Origin: Bacteroidales bacterium
GTDB lineage: Bacteria > Bacteroidota > Bacteroidia > Bacteroidales > Muribaculaceae
Reading direction: 5' to 3'
DNA length: 64,000 bases
Assembly (NCBI GenBank): GCA_004553485.1
Contig: SFLG01000005.1
Location: 6,412 to 70,411 of the forward strand
Shown here: one piece after another, positions 27,321 through 36,866 of the stretch
Layout of the letters: each line of letters begins with the position of its first letter
Position numbering within the stretch: position 1 is the stretch's first letter
Position numbers and translations under genes: made by a program
Notes under the pieces: generated by a model
Seen by the model: only the letters and a program-made list of their open reading frames with translations
Databases searched by the model: none
What the model was told of the DNA's origin: nothing

Positions 27321-28601
27321 ATGCCTACTATGAAAGAAAACTCTGACGAGCTGCGCAGGGCAGCCCTTGAATACCACCGTTACCCCCACCCCGGCAAGAC
27401 CGAGACCGTACCGTCCAAACCCTTCTCCACCCCGCGTGATCTGGCTCTGGCCTACTCGCCCGGCGTGGCCTACCCGTCGCTTGAGATTGCCGCCGATGCA
27501 CAGCGTGTTTTCGAGTACACCAACAAGGCCAACAGCGTGGCCGTGATTTCAAACGGCACCGCCGTCCTCGGCCTGGGCAACATCGGCGTCCTTGCCGCCA
27601 AGCCCGTTATGGAGGGCAAGGCCCTGCTGTTCAAAATCTTCGCCAACATCGACGCTGTAGACATCGAGGTGGACGAGACCGAGCCGCAGAAGATTATCGA
27701 CACCGTCCGCGCCATCGCCGGCACTTACGGCGGCATCAACCTTGAGGACATCAAGGCGCCCGAATGTTTCGAGATAGAGGAGGCGCTGGTTCACTCGTGT
27801 CACATCCCCGTCATGCACGACGACCAGCACGGCACGGCCGTGATAACGGCGGCGGCGATGATTAACGCCGCCGACATTCAAGGCAAGAAGCTCGATACGA
27901 TGCGCCTGGTGGTCAACGGCGCCGGAGCGGCGGCGATAGCCTGCACGCGTCTGCTGATGAGCCTCGGAATAAAGCGCGAGAACATCGTCATGTGCGACAG
28001 CCACGGCGCCATCACCCGCAGCCGTACCGGTCTCAACGAGCAAAAGAAACAGTTCATCACCGACCGCACCGACGTCACCACCCTTGCCGACGCCATACGC
28101 GGTGCCGACGCCTTCCTGGGCCTGTCGGTAGCCGACGTCCTGACTCCGGAGATGCTGCTGTCGATGGCTCCGCATCCCATCGTCTTCGCCCTCGCCAACC
28201 CCGACCCGGAGATTGCGCGCGACCTCGCCCTCGGCACCCGCAACGACCTTGTCTTCGCCACAGGCCGCTCTGACTATCCCAACCAGGGCGCCCTCGACTG
28301 CCACGCCACCTGCATCAACGAGGCCATGAAACTGGCCGCCGCACACGCCATCGCCCACCTTGCGCGTCTGCCGGCGCCGGACGAGGTAAGACGCATATAT
28401 TCAGGCGAGAAGCTTGTGTACGGCCCCGACTATATCCTACCCAAGGCTTACGACCGGCGCCTGTTGTCGCACGTGAAGGTGGCCATGCACTACATAGACA
28501 ACCTCGACGCTTACGGCAGCGCCCTCGACGCTCAGATACGCTGTCTCGACCGCATCCTCAACAACTTCATCGGCAACAGCTGCCCCATCCCCAACTACTG
28601 A
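27321..28601 (+). CDS. maeB: NADP-dependent malic enzyme without PTA domain; possibly degenerate
   Basis: LAYSPGVA, NGTAVLGLG, KPVMEGK, INLEDI, HDDQHGTA, ANPDPEI, TGRSDYPNQ; the conserved VNNVLxFP segment is missing. Confidence 0.85.
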   Translation: MPTMKENSDELRRAALEYHRYPHPGKTETVPSKPFSTPRDLALAYSPGVAYPSLEIAADAQRVFEYTNKANSVAVISNGTAVLGLGNIGVLAAKPVMEGKALLFKIFANIDAVDIEVDETEPQKIIDTVRAIAGTYGGINLEDIKAPECFEIEEALVHSCHIPVMHDDQHGTAVITAAAMINAADIQGKKLDTMRLVVNGAGAAAIACTRLLMSLGIKRENIVMCDSHGAITRSRTGLNEQKKQFITDRTDVTTLADAIRGADAFLGLSVADVLTPEMLLSMAPHPIVFALANPDPEIARDLALGTRNDLVFATGRSDYPNQGALDCHATCINEAMKLAAAHAIAHLARLPAPDEVRRIYSGEKLVYGPDYILPKAYDRRLLSHVKVAMHYIDNLDAYGSALDAQIRCLDRILNNFIGNSCPIPNY

Positions 28602-28748
28602 CACACCTACGACACTCTGATAACCCCTACGACACTGTGATTTTCGGCACGGCGTGACGCGACCGCCCGGCGAAAATATCGCAAAAGCATTGGCAGTAGA
28701 AATTTTAGTACTATCTTTGCATTGAGTTAACCCATCAAAATCGACTCT

Positions 28749-29753
28749 ATGCATATTGATACTATTACGAAGGCTGTTGCTGCGGCGGTATTGGGCCTGG
28801 CGGTCGCGTCACCCGTAACGGCCGGGGCGCAGTCGCGAGACGATGGCGCAGGAACCTTCGCCGGCATCTATATATATTCGGCCTTAAAGAACGGCCAGCC
28901 ACTGGCATTCTGCAACCACGATATTGACTACGAGACACTCTATCCCGAAAATGCCATCGACCCGATAAACTTTGAGTGTAGGATCCTCGGTCCGCACAAA
29001 AGGGGCAGCTACCAGCGTGCGACGGTAATCCCCAGCGTCATCCGCGTGGGCATGTACGCTATGCACCCCATCGAGATGTCGAGCGGCGCCTTCCAGCAGA
29101 CCGGCATCAAAAGTGTGCAGGTGCGCGCCGAGATACGCACCATCCCGCAAAGCGCCTTTATGTTCTGCGCCGACCTTGAAACGGTTGAGTTTTGTGGCGA
29201 TGCGCCGCACTTCATCGAAGCGTCGGCTTTCAGGAGCTGCACAAAACTGCGCAGCGTAACGGGTCTGCCGGCTCGTCTGCGTTATATCGGCGACCAGGCC
29301 TTCAGCCAGTGCATGTCCTTAGAGGAGATTTACATTCCCAAAGATGTCGAGTACCTTGGCGAGGAAGCCTTCAGCCACTGCAACTCTTTAGCCAAGGTCA
29401 CCTTTGCCACCGGTCACTTCAGACATATCCCCAAAGAATGTTTCTACGGCTGCGAGCAGCTGAAGGAGGTGACAATCCCCGAAGGCGTGTCATCGCTCGG
29501 CATCAATTCGTTCTACTACTCCGGCCTCGAGAAAATCACCCTTCCGTCCACCATGCGCGCCCTTTATGACGGCTGTCTCTCGCAGACGCCGCTCAAAGAC
29601 ATCTACCTGCACGCCACCACCCCTCCCGGCGTAGGCAAAGTCTTCACCGGCCACATGATCAAGAACATCCGTCTCCACGTCCCCGCCTCGGCCATCGCCG
29701 CCTACCGCGCCGACCGCTTCTGGGGCCTCTTCACCCACATACTCCCGCTCTGA
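28749..29753 (+). CDS. BspA-type leucine-rich repeat (LRR_5) secreted protein
   Basis: Signal peptide; repeats like IGDQAFSQCMSLEEIYIPKDVEYLGEEAF; C-terminal LHVPASAIAAY..W. Confidence 0.88.
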   Translation: MHIDTITKAVAAAVLGLAVASPVTAGAQSRDDGAGTFAGIYIYSALKNGQPLAFCNHDIDYETLYPENAIDPINFECRILGPHKRGSYQRATVIPSVIRVGMYAMHPIEMSSGAFQQTGIKSVQVRAEIRTIPQSAFMFCADLETVEFCGDAPHFIEASAFRSCTKLRSVTGLPARLRYIGDQAFSQCMSLEEIYIPKDVEYLGEEAFSHCNSLAKVTFATGHFRHIPKECFYGCEQLKEVTIPEGVSSLGINSFYYSGLEKITLPSTMRALYDGCLSQTPLKDIYLHATTPPGVGKVFTGHMIKNIRLHVPASAIAAYRADRFWGLFTHILPL

Positions 29754-29825
29754 CTCCGCCCACAAACATCACATACATCACACGCCCTCACCCCTTCAAG
29801 CCTGCCACCCGCCAAACTTGATTTT

Positions 29826-31121
29826 TTATAGGCACTTCAAAAAATCAGCTACCACGAAGTTGCTGCCCCCGACAAAGATTGTGTCGCCGGGTGCGGCGGC
29901 TTGTCGGGCTGCCTGCCATCCCTCCGCGACAGTGCCGAACGACCGGCCGTGGATGCCGAGGGCCAAGGCTTTGGCGGCGACGTCGGCCGAGGATGCGGCA
30001 CGCGGCGTGTCGGGCTGCACAAAATAATAGCGAGCACCGGCGGGCAGGTAGTGCGCAATGGTGGCGATGTCCTTGTCAGCGGCAAAACCGAGGACGACAT
30101 GTAGCTGCCCGGCGGGGATGCGGGCGAGGCGCGGGCCGGTGTACTGCCACGCTCCGGGGTTGTGGCCGGTGTCACAGATGACGCGAGGACTGTCGCCGAC
30201 CTGCTGCCAGCGGCCCATCAGTCCTGTCATCGCCGTGACGTCGGAAAAGCCTTTGCGCACAGACTCTGTGTCAATAGGATAGCCCTGACGCTCAAGCTCG
30301 CGCAGAACAGTCATCACTGTGTTGGCGTTGTGCCACTGGCCCTCTCCGGTCAGCTCGGACGTCACGTCGCCCCATGGGGTTCCGTGGTAGACGATGCTGT
30401 CGGGACGGACGTCGTAGCCGGTGTAGACGGGGCTATCGCCGGCAAAAATCAGCGGTGCGCCCGCCTCGGCAGCTTTGGCGGCGAAGACCGCGCGTGTGCT
30501 GTCGTCGGCCTCACCTATCACGGCCGGGACGCCCGGTTTGATTATCCCCGCCTTCTCGGCGGCGATTTCGGCCGGGGTGGACCCCAACAGGGCCGTGTGG
30601 TCGAGCGAGATATTGGTGATGACGCTTACATCGGGGGTGATGACGTTGGTCGAGTCGAGCCGTCCGCCCAGGCCGACCTCGATTACGGCGACATCGACTT
30701 GTTCGCGCCGGAAATGCTCGAAGGCCATCACCGTCGCCAGCTCGAAGAAGCTGGGGTCGAGGCGCCCGTCGGCGAAGGCGGGAAGGCGCCTGAAACGCTC
30801 GGCGAAATCCACCACCGCCTCGTGCGCGATGGGCTTGCCGTTGACGCGTATGCGCTCGTTGAAGTCGAGCAGATGCGGCGAGGTGTACAGACCGGTCTTC
30901 AGGCCCGCGGCCTGAAGCACCGCCGCCAATGTGTGGGCCGTGCTGCCTTTGCCGTTGGTGCCGGCGACATGGATGGTGCGCAGGCCGACGTGGGGCGACC
31001 CGAAGGCCTCGCTCAGCGCCAGCGTGGTGTGCAGTCCGGGCTTGTAGGCCGTGGCCCCTACCCGGTGAAAGGCCTGGAGCCTATTGAATAAAAACTCTAA
31101 GGTTTGATTGTAAACGTTCAT
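29826..31121 (-). CDS. folC: Folylpolyglutamate synthase / dihydrofolate synthase
   Basis: IHVAGTNGKGS, YTSPHL, EVGLGGRLDSTN, DTGHN. Confidence 0.95.
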   Translation of the reverse strand: MNVYNQTLEFLFNRLQAFHRVGATAYKPGLHTTLALSEAFGSPHVGLRTIHVAGTNGKGSTAHTLAAVLQAAGLKTGLYTSPHLLDFNERIRVNGKPIAHEAVVDFAERFRRLPAFADGRLDPSFFELATVMAFEHFRREQVDVAVIEVGLGGRLDSTNVITPDVSVITNISLDHTALLGSTPAEIAAEKAGIIKPGVPAVIGEADDSTRAVFAAKAAEAGAPLIFAGDSPVYTGYDVRPDSIVYHGTPWGDVTSELTGEGQWHNANTVMTVLRELERQGYPIDTESVRKGFSDVTAMTGLMGRWQQVGDSPRVICDTGHNPGAWQYTGPRLARIPAGQLHVVLGFAADKDIATIAHYLPAGARYYFVQPDTPRAASSADVAAKALALGIHGRSFGTVAEGWQAARQAAAPGDTIFVGGSNFVVADFLKCL

Positions 31122-31124
31122 CTT

Positions 31125-31688
31125 TCAGAATATAAGCCAGCCGGCAAATCCGGCCAGACATATCGTCACTATCGGGTGTAACTTGGTAAAGAGCTGGATG
31201 GCAAGGGCGGCGGCGCAGATGCCGACGCTGATACACACGTCGCCTGTCGTCGAGCCAAAGTTGGCACTGTTCATCAGCAGCAGAGCCGCCGAGGCTATCA
31301 GTCCCACCACCACCGGGCGCAGGCCCGCAAAGGCGCCGCGGATATACTCCGACTCGCGGTGACGGGCCATGAAATGGCTCGTACGCCGCACAAGCACGAA
31401 GGACGGAATGATGATGGTGACGGTACATGCCAGCGAGCCGAGGATGCCCCACCACCACTGCGGAAAACCGTTTGTCTGCGGCGCAACGTAGCCGATGTAG
31501 GTGGCCGAGTTGATGCCTATCGGCCCGGGCGTCATCTGCGAGATGGCGACGATGTCGGTGAAGTTCTGCTCGGTAATCCATCCCGGGCCGACAATCATCC
31601 GCTCGATCAGCGACAGCATGGCGTAGCCGCCACCAAAGCCGAAAAGTCCGATAAGCAGGTATGTGGCAATAAGCTTTAAGTAAATCAT
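31125..31688 (-). CDS. chrA: Chromate transporter short-chain subunit
   Basis: FGFGGGYAM, SQMTPGPIGIN, GLRPVVVGLI. Confidence 0.92.
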   Translation of the reverse strand: MIYLKLIATYLLIGLFGFGGGYAMLSLIERMIVGPGWITEQNFTDIVAISQMTPGPIGINSATYIGYVAPQTNGFPQWWWGILGSLACTVTIIIPSFVLVRRTSHFMARHRESEYIRGAFAGLRPVVVGLIASAALLLMNSANFGSTTGDVCISVGICAAALAIQLFTKLHPIVTICLAGFAGWLIF

Positions 31689-32374
31689 TGTCTATCCCCT
31701 CCTTTCCTGTTGAGCTTAAAGTATCCCTTTAGATGCATGATTCCGGCCACAATTGCTATCACTATCCATAGTATCGGGTTGCTTATTACCGGAATAGACG
31801 ACCATATTGCAAGTGCCACTATAACCGGAATCCATACCGTCACCATATTGAGGTGCGCGGCCTTGGCGGCGTTGATGACGGGGGCGATGATCAGGGCGAC
31901 GACGGCGGGGCGTATGCCCTTGAATATCGCCGACAGCGTGGCGTTGCCGGTGATGGCCTCGGGGGTAAGGAACGCCGCGATGGCAAGGATGATGACAAAC
32001 GACGGCAGCATCGTCCCGGCGGCACAGGCATAGCAGCCGGCGCGGCCGCGGATACGGTCGCCGACAGCGACGGCGATGTTGATGGCAAGAATTCCGGGCA
32101 ACGACTGCGAAACTGCCAGCAGGTCAAGAAATTCCTCTTTGCCGAGCCAATGGTGGCGCGTCACCACCTCGCGCTCGATAATGCTTATCATCGCCCAACC
32201 GCCGCCGAAAGTGAAGGCGCCGATTTTCAGAAAGGTGACAAACATATCGGCCAACGACGACGGTGACGCAACGTCAACCACGGACGACGACGCAGCGCCC
32301 GACGACGACGGTGCTACGTCGGCCTCGGACGACGCCGTACGTGCTCTTAAGTCTTTTTCTTTATCAGTTTCCAT
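31685..32374 (-). CDS. chrA: Chromate transporter short-chain subunit
   Basis: IGAFTFGGGWAM, SQSLPGILAIN, GIRPAVVALI; start taken at ATG 32374; ATGA overlap with the partner gene. Confidence 0.9.
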   Translation of the reverse strand: METDKEKDLRARTASSEADVAPSSSGAASSSVVDVASPSSLADMFVTFLKIGAFTFGGGWAMISIIEREVVTRHHWLGKEEFLDLLAVSQSLPGILAINIAVAVGDRIRGRAGCYACAAGTMLPSFVIILAIAAFLTPEAITGNATLSAIFKGIRPAVVALIIAPVINAAKAAHLNMVTVWIPVIVALAIWSSIPVISNPILWIVIAIVAGIMHLKGYFKLNRKGGDRQ

Positions 32375-32495
32375 TTTATGCCAACATCGCGCAGGCCGCG
32401 TCATCTGCGCTGACAGAGACGCGGCCCGGCGGTTTATTACAGTTAGAAAATCAGCCGTCCGATTACCGGCCGGCTAAGTTTCTGCCGGCACGGGT

Positions 32496-32921
32496 TCAGA
32501 AGGACATTCCCTTTGCCTTAGCGTACTTACGGATATCGTTGACGGTAAGGATGAAGGTCGACTTTACGCCAAGCGAGTCGGTGATATTGAAACGTATGCC
32601 CTTGAGGCCGTATTTCTCAAGCTCTACAATGGTTTCTAACATCTCCGAATCGTGCAGGAACTGTTCCATCATCATTTCCTTCACAGCTGAAGCGGTTGAC
32701 GGGTTCTTGAGAAGCTGGTTGAGCTCGGCGCAACCGGCCTCGTCAAGCTTGACGTTCAGGGTGAGGTAAGGAGCATCCCAGGCAGCGCTGATCGAGGAGT
32801 CGTCCTGGCTGTTGATTGCGGTCACCAGAATGTTCATCATGCTGTCGTCATTGGCGGCCGATGAGGCGGCGGGGAAAACAGCGGCGACAGCCACGACAAG
32901 GGCAAGGATGAATTTTTTCAT
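32496..32921 (-). CDS. Hypothetical secreted protein
   Basis: Clear signal peptide MKKFILALVVAVAAVFPAASSA; minus-strand TATCTTTG promoter near 33041-33048. Confidence 0.8.
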   Translation of the reverse strand: MKKFILALVVAVAAVFPAASSAANDDSMMNILVTAINSQDDSSISAAWDAPYLTLNVKLDEAGCAELNQLLKNPSTASAVKEMMMEQFLHDSEMLETIVELEKYGLKGIRFNITDSLGVKSTFILTVNDIRKYAKAKGMSF

Positions 32922-32933
32922 AATGCAGATTTT

Positions 32934-32993
32934 TAAGAGTTTATTTTTCAGTTATAAGAGTTTATCCTTTTCAGCTATAAGAGTTTATTCTTT
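32934..32993. repeat. Three direct repeats (TAAGAGTTTAT core, 21 and 23 bp spacing)
   Basis: Units start at 32934, 32955 and 32978 in the 5' leader of the secreted protein gene. Confidence 0.85.
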
Positions 32994-33108
32994 AGTCATT
33001 TACGTTCAAGGACAAAAATCCCTATGCGTTATAATTTATGCAAAGATAACGTCTTTACCCTCGTCAGCCAAAAAATTCACCCTAAATTTCCACATTTTTT
33101 CACAGCGT

Positions 33109-34452
33109 TTATCGTGTTGGCCAATGGGGACGGACGGGCCAGCGGGTCACGCGCAGGAGCAGACGGGTGGTGGAGCTGTAGGTGAAATAGTCCCATATCC
33201 AAGTTGTCAGCACCGTTATCTTGTTGCGCATACCCAGCAGCGAGATGAGGTGAACGAACATCCACGCCAGCCAGGCGATGCGGCCGTGTAGGAAGAGGTG
33301 GCGCATGTCGACGATAGCCCTGTTGCGACCGACGGTTGCCATCGAGCCCTTGTCGTGATACTCGAACGGTTTGCGTTTGCCGGGATTGTTGAGGTTGTGC
33401 GCCAGGCACTTGGCGCCCTGAATGGCAACCTGGGCCACCTGCGGCAGGCCGTTCGGATAAGCGTCGGAGAGGCGCAGCGAGATGTCGCCGATGGCATAGA
33501 CGTCGCTGACGCCGGCGACGGCGTTGTACTCGTCCACGATGAGTCGGTTTCCGCGGCCGGTCTGTGGCTTCTCGTCGCCGGTGAAATCGAACGATACGCC
33601 CGTCACGCCGGCAGTCCATATCACCATCGACGTATGCTCCTGCGTGCCGTCGGCAAAGGTGAGTATATTGCTGTCGTCAAACGATTTGAGGGTCTTGTTC
33701 AGCTCTACCTTCACCATCATTTCGTCAAGGTCTTTCAGCACCTGGCGCGAGGCGTTGGGCGACATAGTGCGCAGCAGCCTGTCGCTGCCCTCGATAAGGG
33801 TGACACTCAGCTCGTCCGGGTTGATGGACGGATATTCGCGTGGAACGATGAAACGCTTCAGCTCGCCCAGCGCGCCCGAAATCTCCACGCCCGTCGGACC
33901 ACCGCCGATGACGGTGAAGGTCAGCATCCGGCGGCGCACCTCGGGGTCGGTCTGCAGCGCGGCACGCTCGAGGCGGTCGAGGATGTCGTTGCGGCAGCGG
34001 AGTGCCTCGCTGGTGCTCTTCAGGCAATAGACGTACTTGTACAGATCGCTGATGCCGAAGTAGTTGTTGGTCGTTCCGGCGGCAATGACGAGGATGTCGT
34101 ACTCCAGCTCCTCAAATTGAGTGCGCACCTTCTTGCGCCGGCAGTCGATGCTCTGCACGGTGCCGAGGCGGTAGCGGCCGCCCGTCTTTTTGAGCTTGCG
34201 CAGCTCGCGGCGAAGCGGAAAGTTGATGCTGGCGGCGTCAAGTCCGGCCGAGGCAAGCTGGTAAAACAACGGGGGAAAACTGTGATAGTTGTTCGAGTCG
34301 ACAACCGTCACCCGGTATTTGTCGAGGTCAAGCTTCTTCACCAGATTGAGGCCGGCGAAACCGGCGCCGATGACAAGGAGGCGCTGACGGGGAGCATTGC
34401 TGTCAGTCATATCTTTGTTGTTGTCTGTCATATTGCGGTTATTGTCTGTCAT
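33109..34452 (-). CDS. ndh: Type II NADH dehydrogenase
   Basis: IGAGFAG, FPPLFYQ, GGGPTGVE, IWTAGV, AIGD, PQVAQVAIQ, DKGSMATVGR. Confidence 0.93.
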   Translation of the reverse strand: MTDNNRNMTDNNKDMTDSNAPRQRLLVIGAGFAGLNLVKKLDLDKYRVTVVDSNNYHSFPPLFYQLASAGLDAASINFPLRRELRKLKKTGGRYRLGTVQSIDCRRKKVRTQFEELEYDILVIAAGTTNNYFGISDLYKYVYCLKSTSEALRCRNDILDRLERAALQTDPEVRRRMLTFTVIGGGPTGVEISGALGELKRFIVPREYPSINPDELSVTLIEGSDRLLRTMSPNASRQVLKDLDEMMVKVELNKTLKSFDDSNILTFADGTQEHTSMVIWTAGVTGVSFDFTGDEKPQTGRGNRLIVDEYNAVAGVSDVYAIGDISLRLSDAYPNGLPQVAQVAIQGAKCLAHNLNNPGKRKPFEYHDKGSMATVGRNRAIVDMRHLFLHGRIAWLAWMFVHLISLLGMRNKITVLTTWIWDYFTYSSTTRLLLRVTRWPVRPHWPTR

Positions 34453-34585
34453 AACGGTATTTTGCGCAACGGGAAAAGCGTCGCGGCCTATTTATTTAAC
34501 ACTCCGACATTTTTTTTGTTGAGTATTACCGAAAATTAACAGAGTCAGAGGGTCTGAAACAGTAAATTTTACTACTTTTGCATTA

Positions 34586-36682
34586 ATGAAGCCGACAGAT
34601 ACACCGTCACGCCGGTTTTTGCACCGGATAGTCGTTATCACAATATCTCTGTGTGCCTTTGTTGCAGGCCGCGCCCAGATCAACACCGACCAGGTGATGA
34701 ATGTGGGCCGCAACGCTATGTACTTTGAGGACTACGTACTTGCCATCCAATATTTCAACCAGGTGGTGAATGCCAAGCCCGAGCTTGCCCGGCCCTACCT
34801 GTACCGCGCCATCGCCAAGTTCAACCTCGACGACTTCCGCGGCGCCGAGGCCGACGCCACTGCCGCCATCGAGCGCCATCCGTTCATCACCGACGCATGG
34901 GAGGTGCGCGGAGTGGCACGCCAGCAGCTCGGCAACTTTGCCGGCGCCGTGGACGACTACACAGAGGCTCTGCGTCTGTTGCCGCACAACCGCCAGATAT
35001 CGTTCAACCTCGCCACCGCCCAGACCGAGGCCGGCATGTACGACCGCGCCGACTCGACCTTCGCCGAGCTGATAAAATCGTACCCCGGATACGAAAACGC
35101 CCTGCTGGGCCGCGCCCGCCTGCGCCTGCTCCAGGCCGACACCGTCGCCGCCACACAGGACGCCCGCGCCGCCCTGCGCCTCAACCACAACTCGTTCAAC
35201 GCCCACGCCATGCTCGCCGACCTGGCCATGCGCGGCAATAAGCCCGAAGTAGACTCGGCGATGGTGCACATCAACGCCGCCATCAAGCTGCAGCCCCATT
35301 TTGCCGGACTGTATGTCAACCGCGCCTTCCTCAAATACCGCAGCAACGACTGGTTCGGCGCCATGGACGACTACGACTACGCCCTGCAGCTTGAGCCGCT
35401 CAACCGCATGGCCCTCTTCAACCGCGGCCTGCTCGAGATGGAGGTGTCGGCCTTCGACAAAGCCCTCGTTGACATGGACCGCGTGCTGGCGATGGACCCC
35501 GACGACATACGCGCCCGCTACAACCGCGCCGTCATCTACGCCAACAAAAAAGACTACCGCAAGGCCATCGAAGACCTTGACAAGCTGTTCGAGGTCTACC
35601 CCGAATTTCCCAACCTCTACCTCATGCGCAGCGAGTGGTACCGCAGCCTGGGCAAGACGCGCCTCGCCATGGCCGACTACGACAAGGGCATGGCCCTCAG
35701 GGCAAAGCTGAAGCCGCAGAACGTCCCCGTCGCCGACGATGGCACGCCCGGCAAAAAGGGCAACGGCGGCAACGGCACGGGCACAGGCAATGACGCCGGC
35801 AAAGAGCCCTCGCCGGCCGAGGAGCTGATGTCGCAGCGCCAGTTCGCCCAGCTGCTGACAATCGACGACAACACCGACTTCCGCGAGGAGTACAACAACA
35901 CCTCCATCCGCGGCCGCGTGCAGGACCGCAACGTCACCATCTCGCCCGAGCCGATAGTGGAGATTTCGTTCTACTCGTCGCCTACCGAGGTGCGCCAGAA
36001 CACATATTATATAAAGGGCGTGAACGACCTCAACGCCACGCGCGCGCTGCGCATGCTCCTGGTGGTTACGCCGCACGCCCCGCAGCTCAACGACGAGAAC
36101 CTGATACAGAAGCACTTCAAGAGCATCGAATACTATAACTCGTACATCGCCACCCACAAGCCCCGCGCCGTCGACTACATCGGCCGCGCCATGGACCTGA
36201 TTACCGTGCGCGACTACGTCCCCGCCGTGGCCGACCTCGACCGCGCCCTGGCCCTCACCCCCGACTTTGCCGTGGCCTACCTGCTGCGCGCACAGGCCAA
36301 CCACCACCTTCTGTCCACCTTCGGCAACGACGACGCCACTCCCGGCCACAACGACGCCCGCAGCCGCGAAATACAGCGCCGCAACCTCGAGGATGCGATA
36401 ATCGCCGACCTCGACCGCGCCATCGAGCTGGCGCCCTCCGACGCCTTCGCCTGGTACAACAAGGGCTGCGCCCTGCTCGAACGCGGCGACATGGACAACG
36501 CCTACAACGCATTCACAAAAGCGCTTGAGCTGAAGCCCGACTTCGGCGAGGCTTACTTCAACCGCGGATACGTCAGCCTCTCGTCGGGTAGCCGCGCCAA
36601 AGGCATCAGCGACCTCAGCCGCGCCGGCGAGCTCGGCATAGTCGCCGCCTACAACCTGATGAAGCGCCTCGGCAGCATGTAA
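34586..36682 (+). CDS. Tetratricopeptide repeat protein
   Basis: Signal peptide, QINTD..GRNAMYFEDY, many TPR motifs. Confidence 0.92.
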   Translation: MKPTDTPSRRFLHRIVVITISLCAFVAGRAQINTDQVMNVGRNAMYFEDYVLAIQYFNQVVNAKPELARPYLYRAIAKFNLDDFRGAEADATAAIERHPFITDAWEVRGVARQQLGNFAGAVDDYTEALRLLPHNRQISFNLATAQTEAGMYDRADSTFAELIKSYPGYENALLGRARLRLLQADTVAATQDARAALRLNHNSFNAHAMLADLAMRGNKPEVDSAMVHINAAIKLQPHFAGLYVNRAFLKYRSNDWFGAMDDYDYALQLEPLNRMALFNRGLLEMEVSAFDKALVDMDRVLAMDPDDIRARYNRAVIYANKKDYRKAIEDLDKLFEVYPEFPNLYLMRSEWYRSLGKTRLAMADYDKGMALRAKLKPQNVPVADDGTPGKKGNGGNGTGTGNDAGKEPSPAEELMSQRQFAQLLTIDDNTDFREEYNNTSIRGRVQDRNVTISPEPIVEISFYSSPTEVRQNTYYIKGVNDLNATRALRMLLVVTPHAPQLNDENLIQKHFKSIEYYNSYIATHKPRAVDYIGRAMDLITVRDYVPAVADLDRALALTPDFAVAYLLRAQANHHLLSTFGNDDATPGHNDARSREIQRRNLEDAIIADLDRAIELAPSDAFAWYNKGCALLERGDMDNAYNAFTKALELKPDFGEAYFNRGYVSLSSGSRAKGISDLSRAGELGIVAAYNLMKRLGSM

Positions 36683-36735
36683 GGCACCACCCGCGTGAAC
36701 AAAAAAACACATTTAAACATATAGATTTTAACAGG

Positions 36736-36850
36736 CCGACACCAATACCGGCATAACGACAAAGACACAACCGTAATATAGACACAACCGTAAAAAGACA
36801 CTTCTGTAATAAGCACGTATACCGACACAAACACATCTATACCGACACAA
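36736..36850. repeat. Cluster of GACAC-core direct repeats
   Basis: agacacaaccgtaa at 36763 and 36780, agacacttctgtaa at 36796, tataccgacacaa at 36818 and 36838. Confidence 0.75.
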
Positions 36851-36866
36851 TTTAAATTTACATACC

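Noticed and set aside
36736..36850. Possible CRISPR array
   Set aside because: Repeats are 13-17 bp, nearly adjacent, lack unique spacers of about 30 bp, and no cas genes are present.
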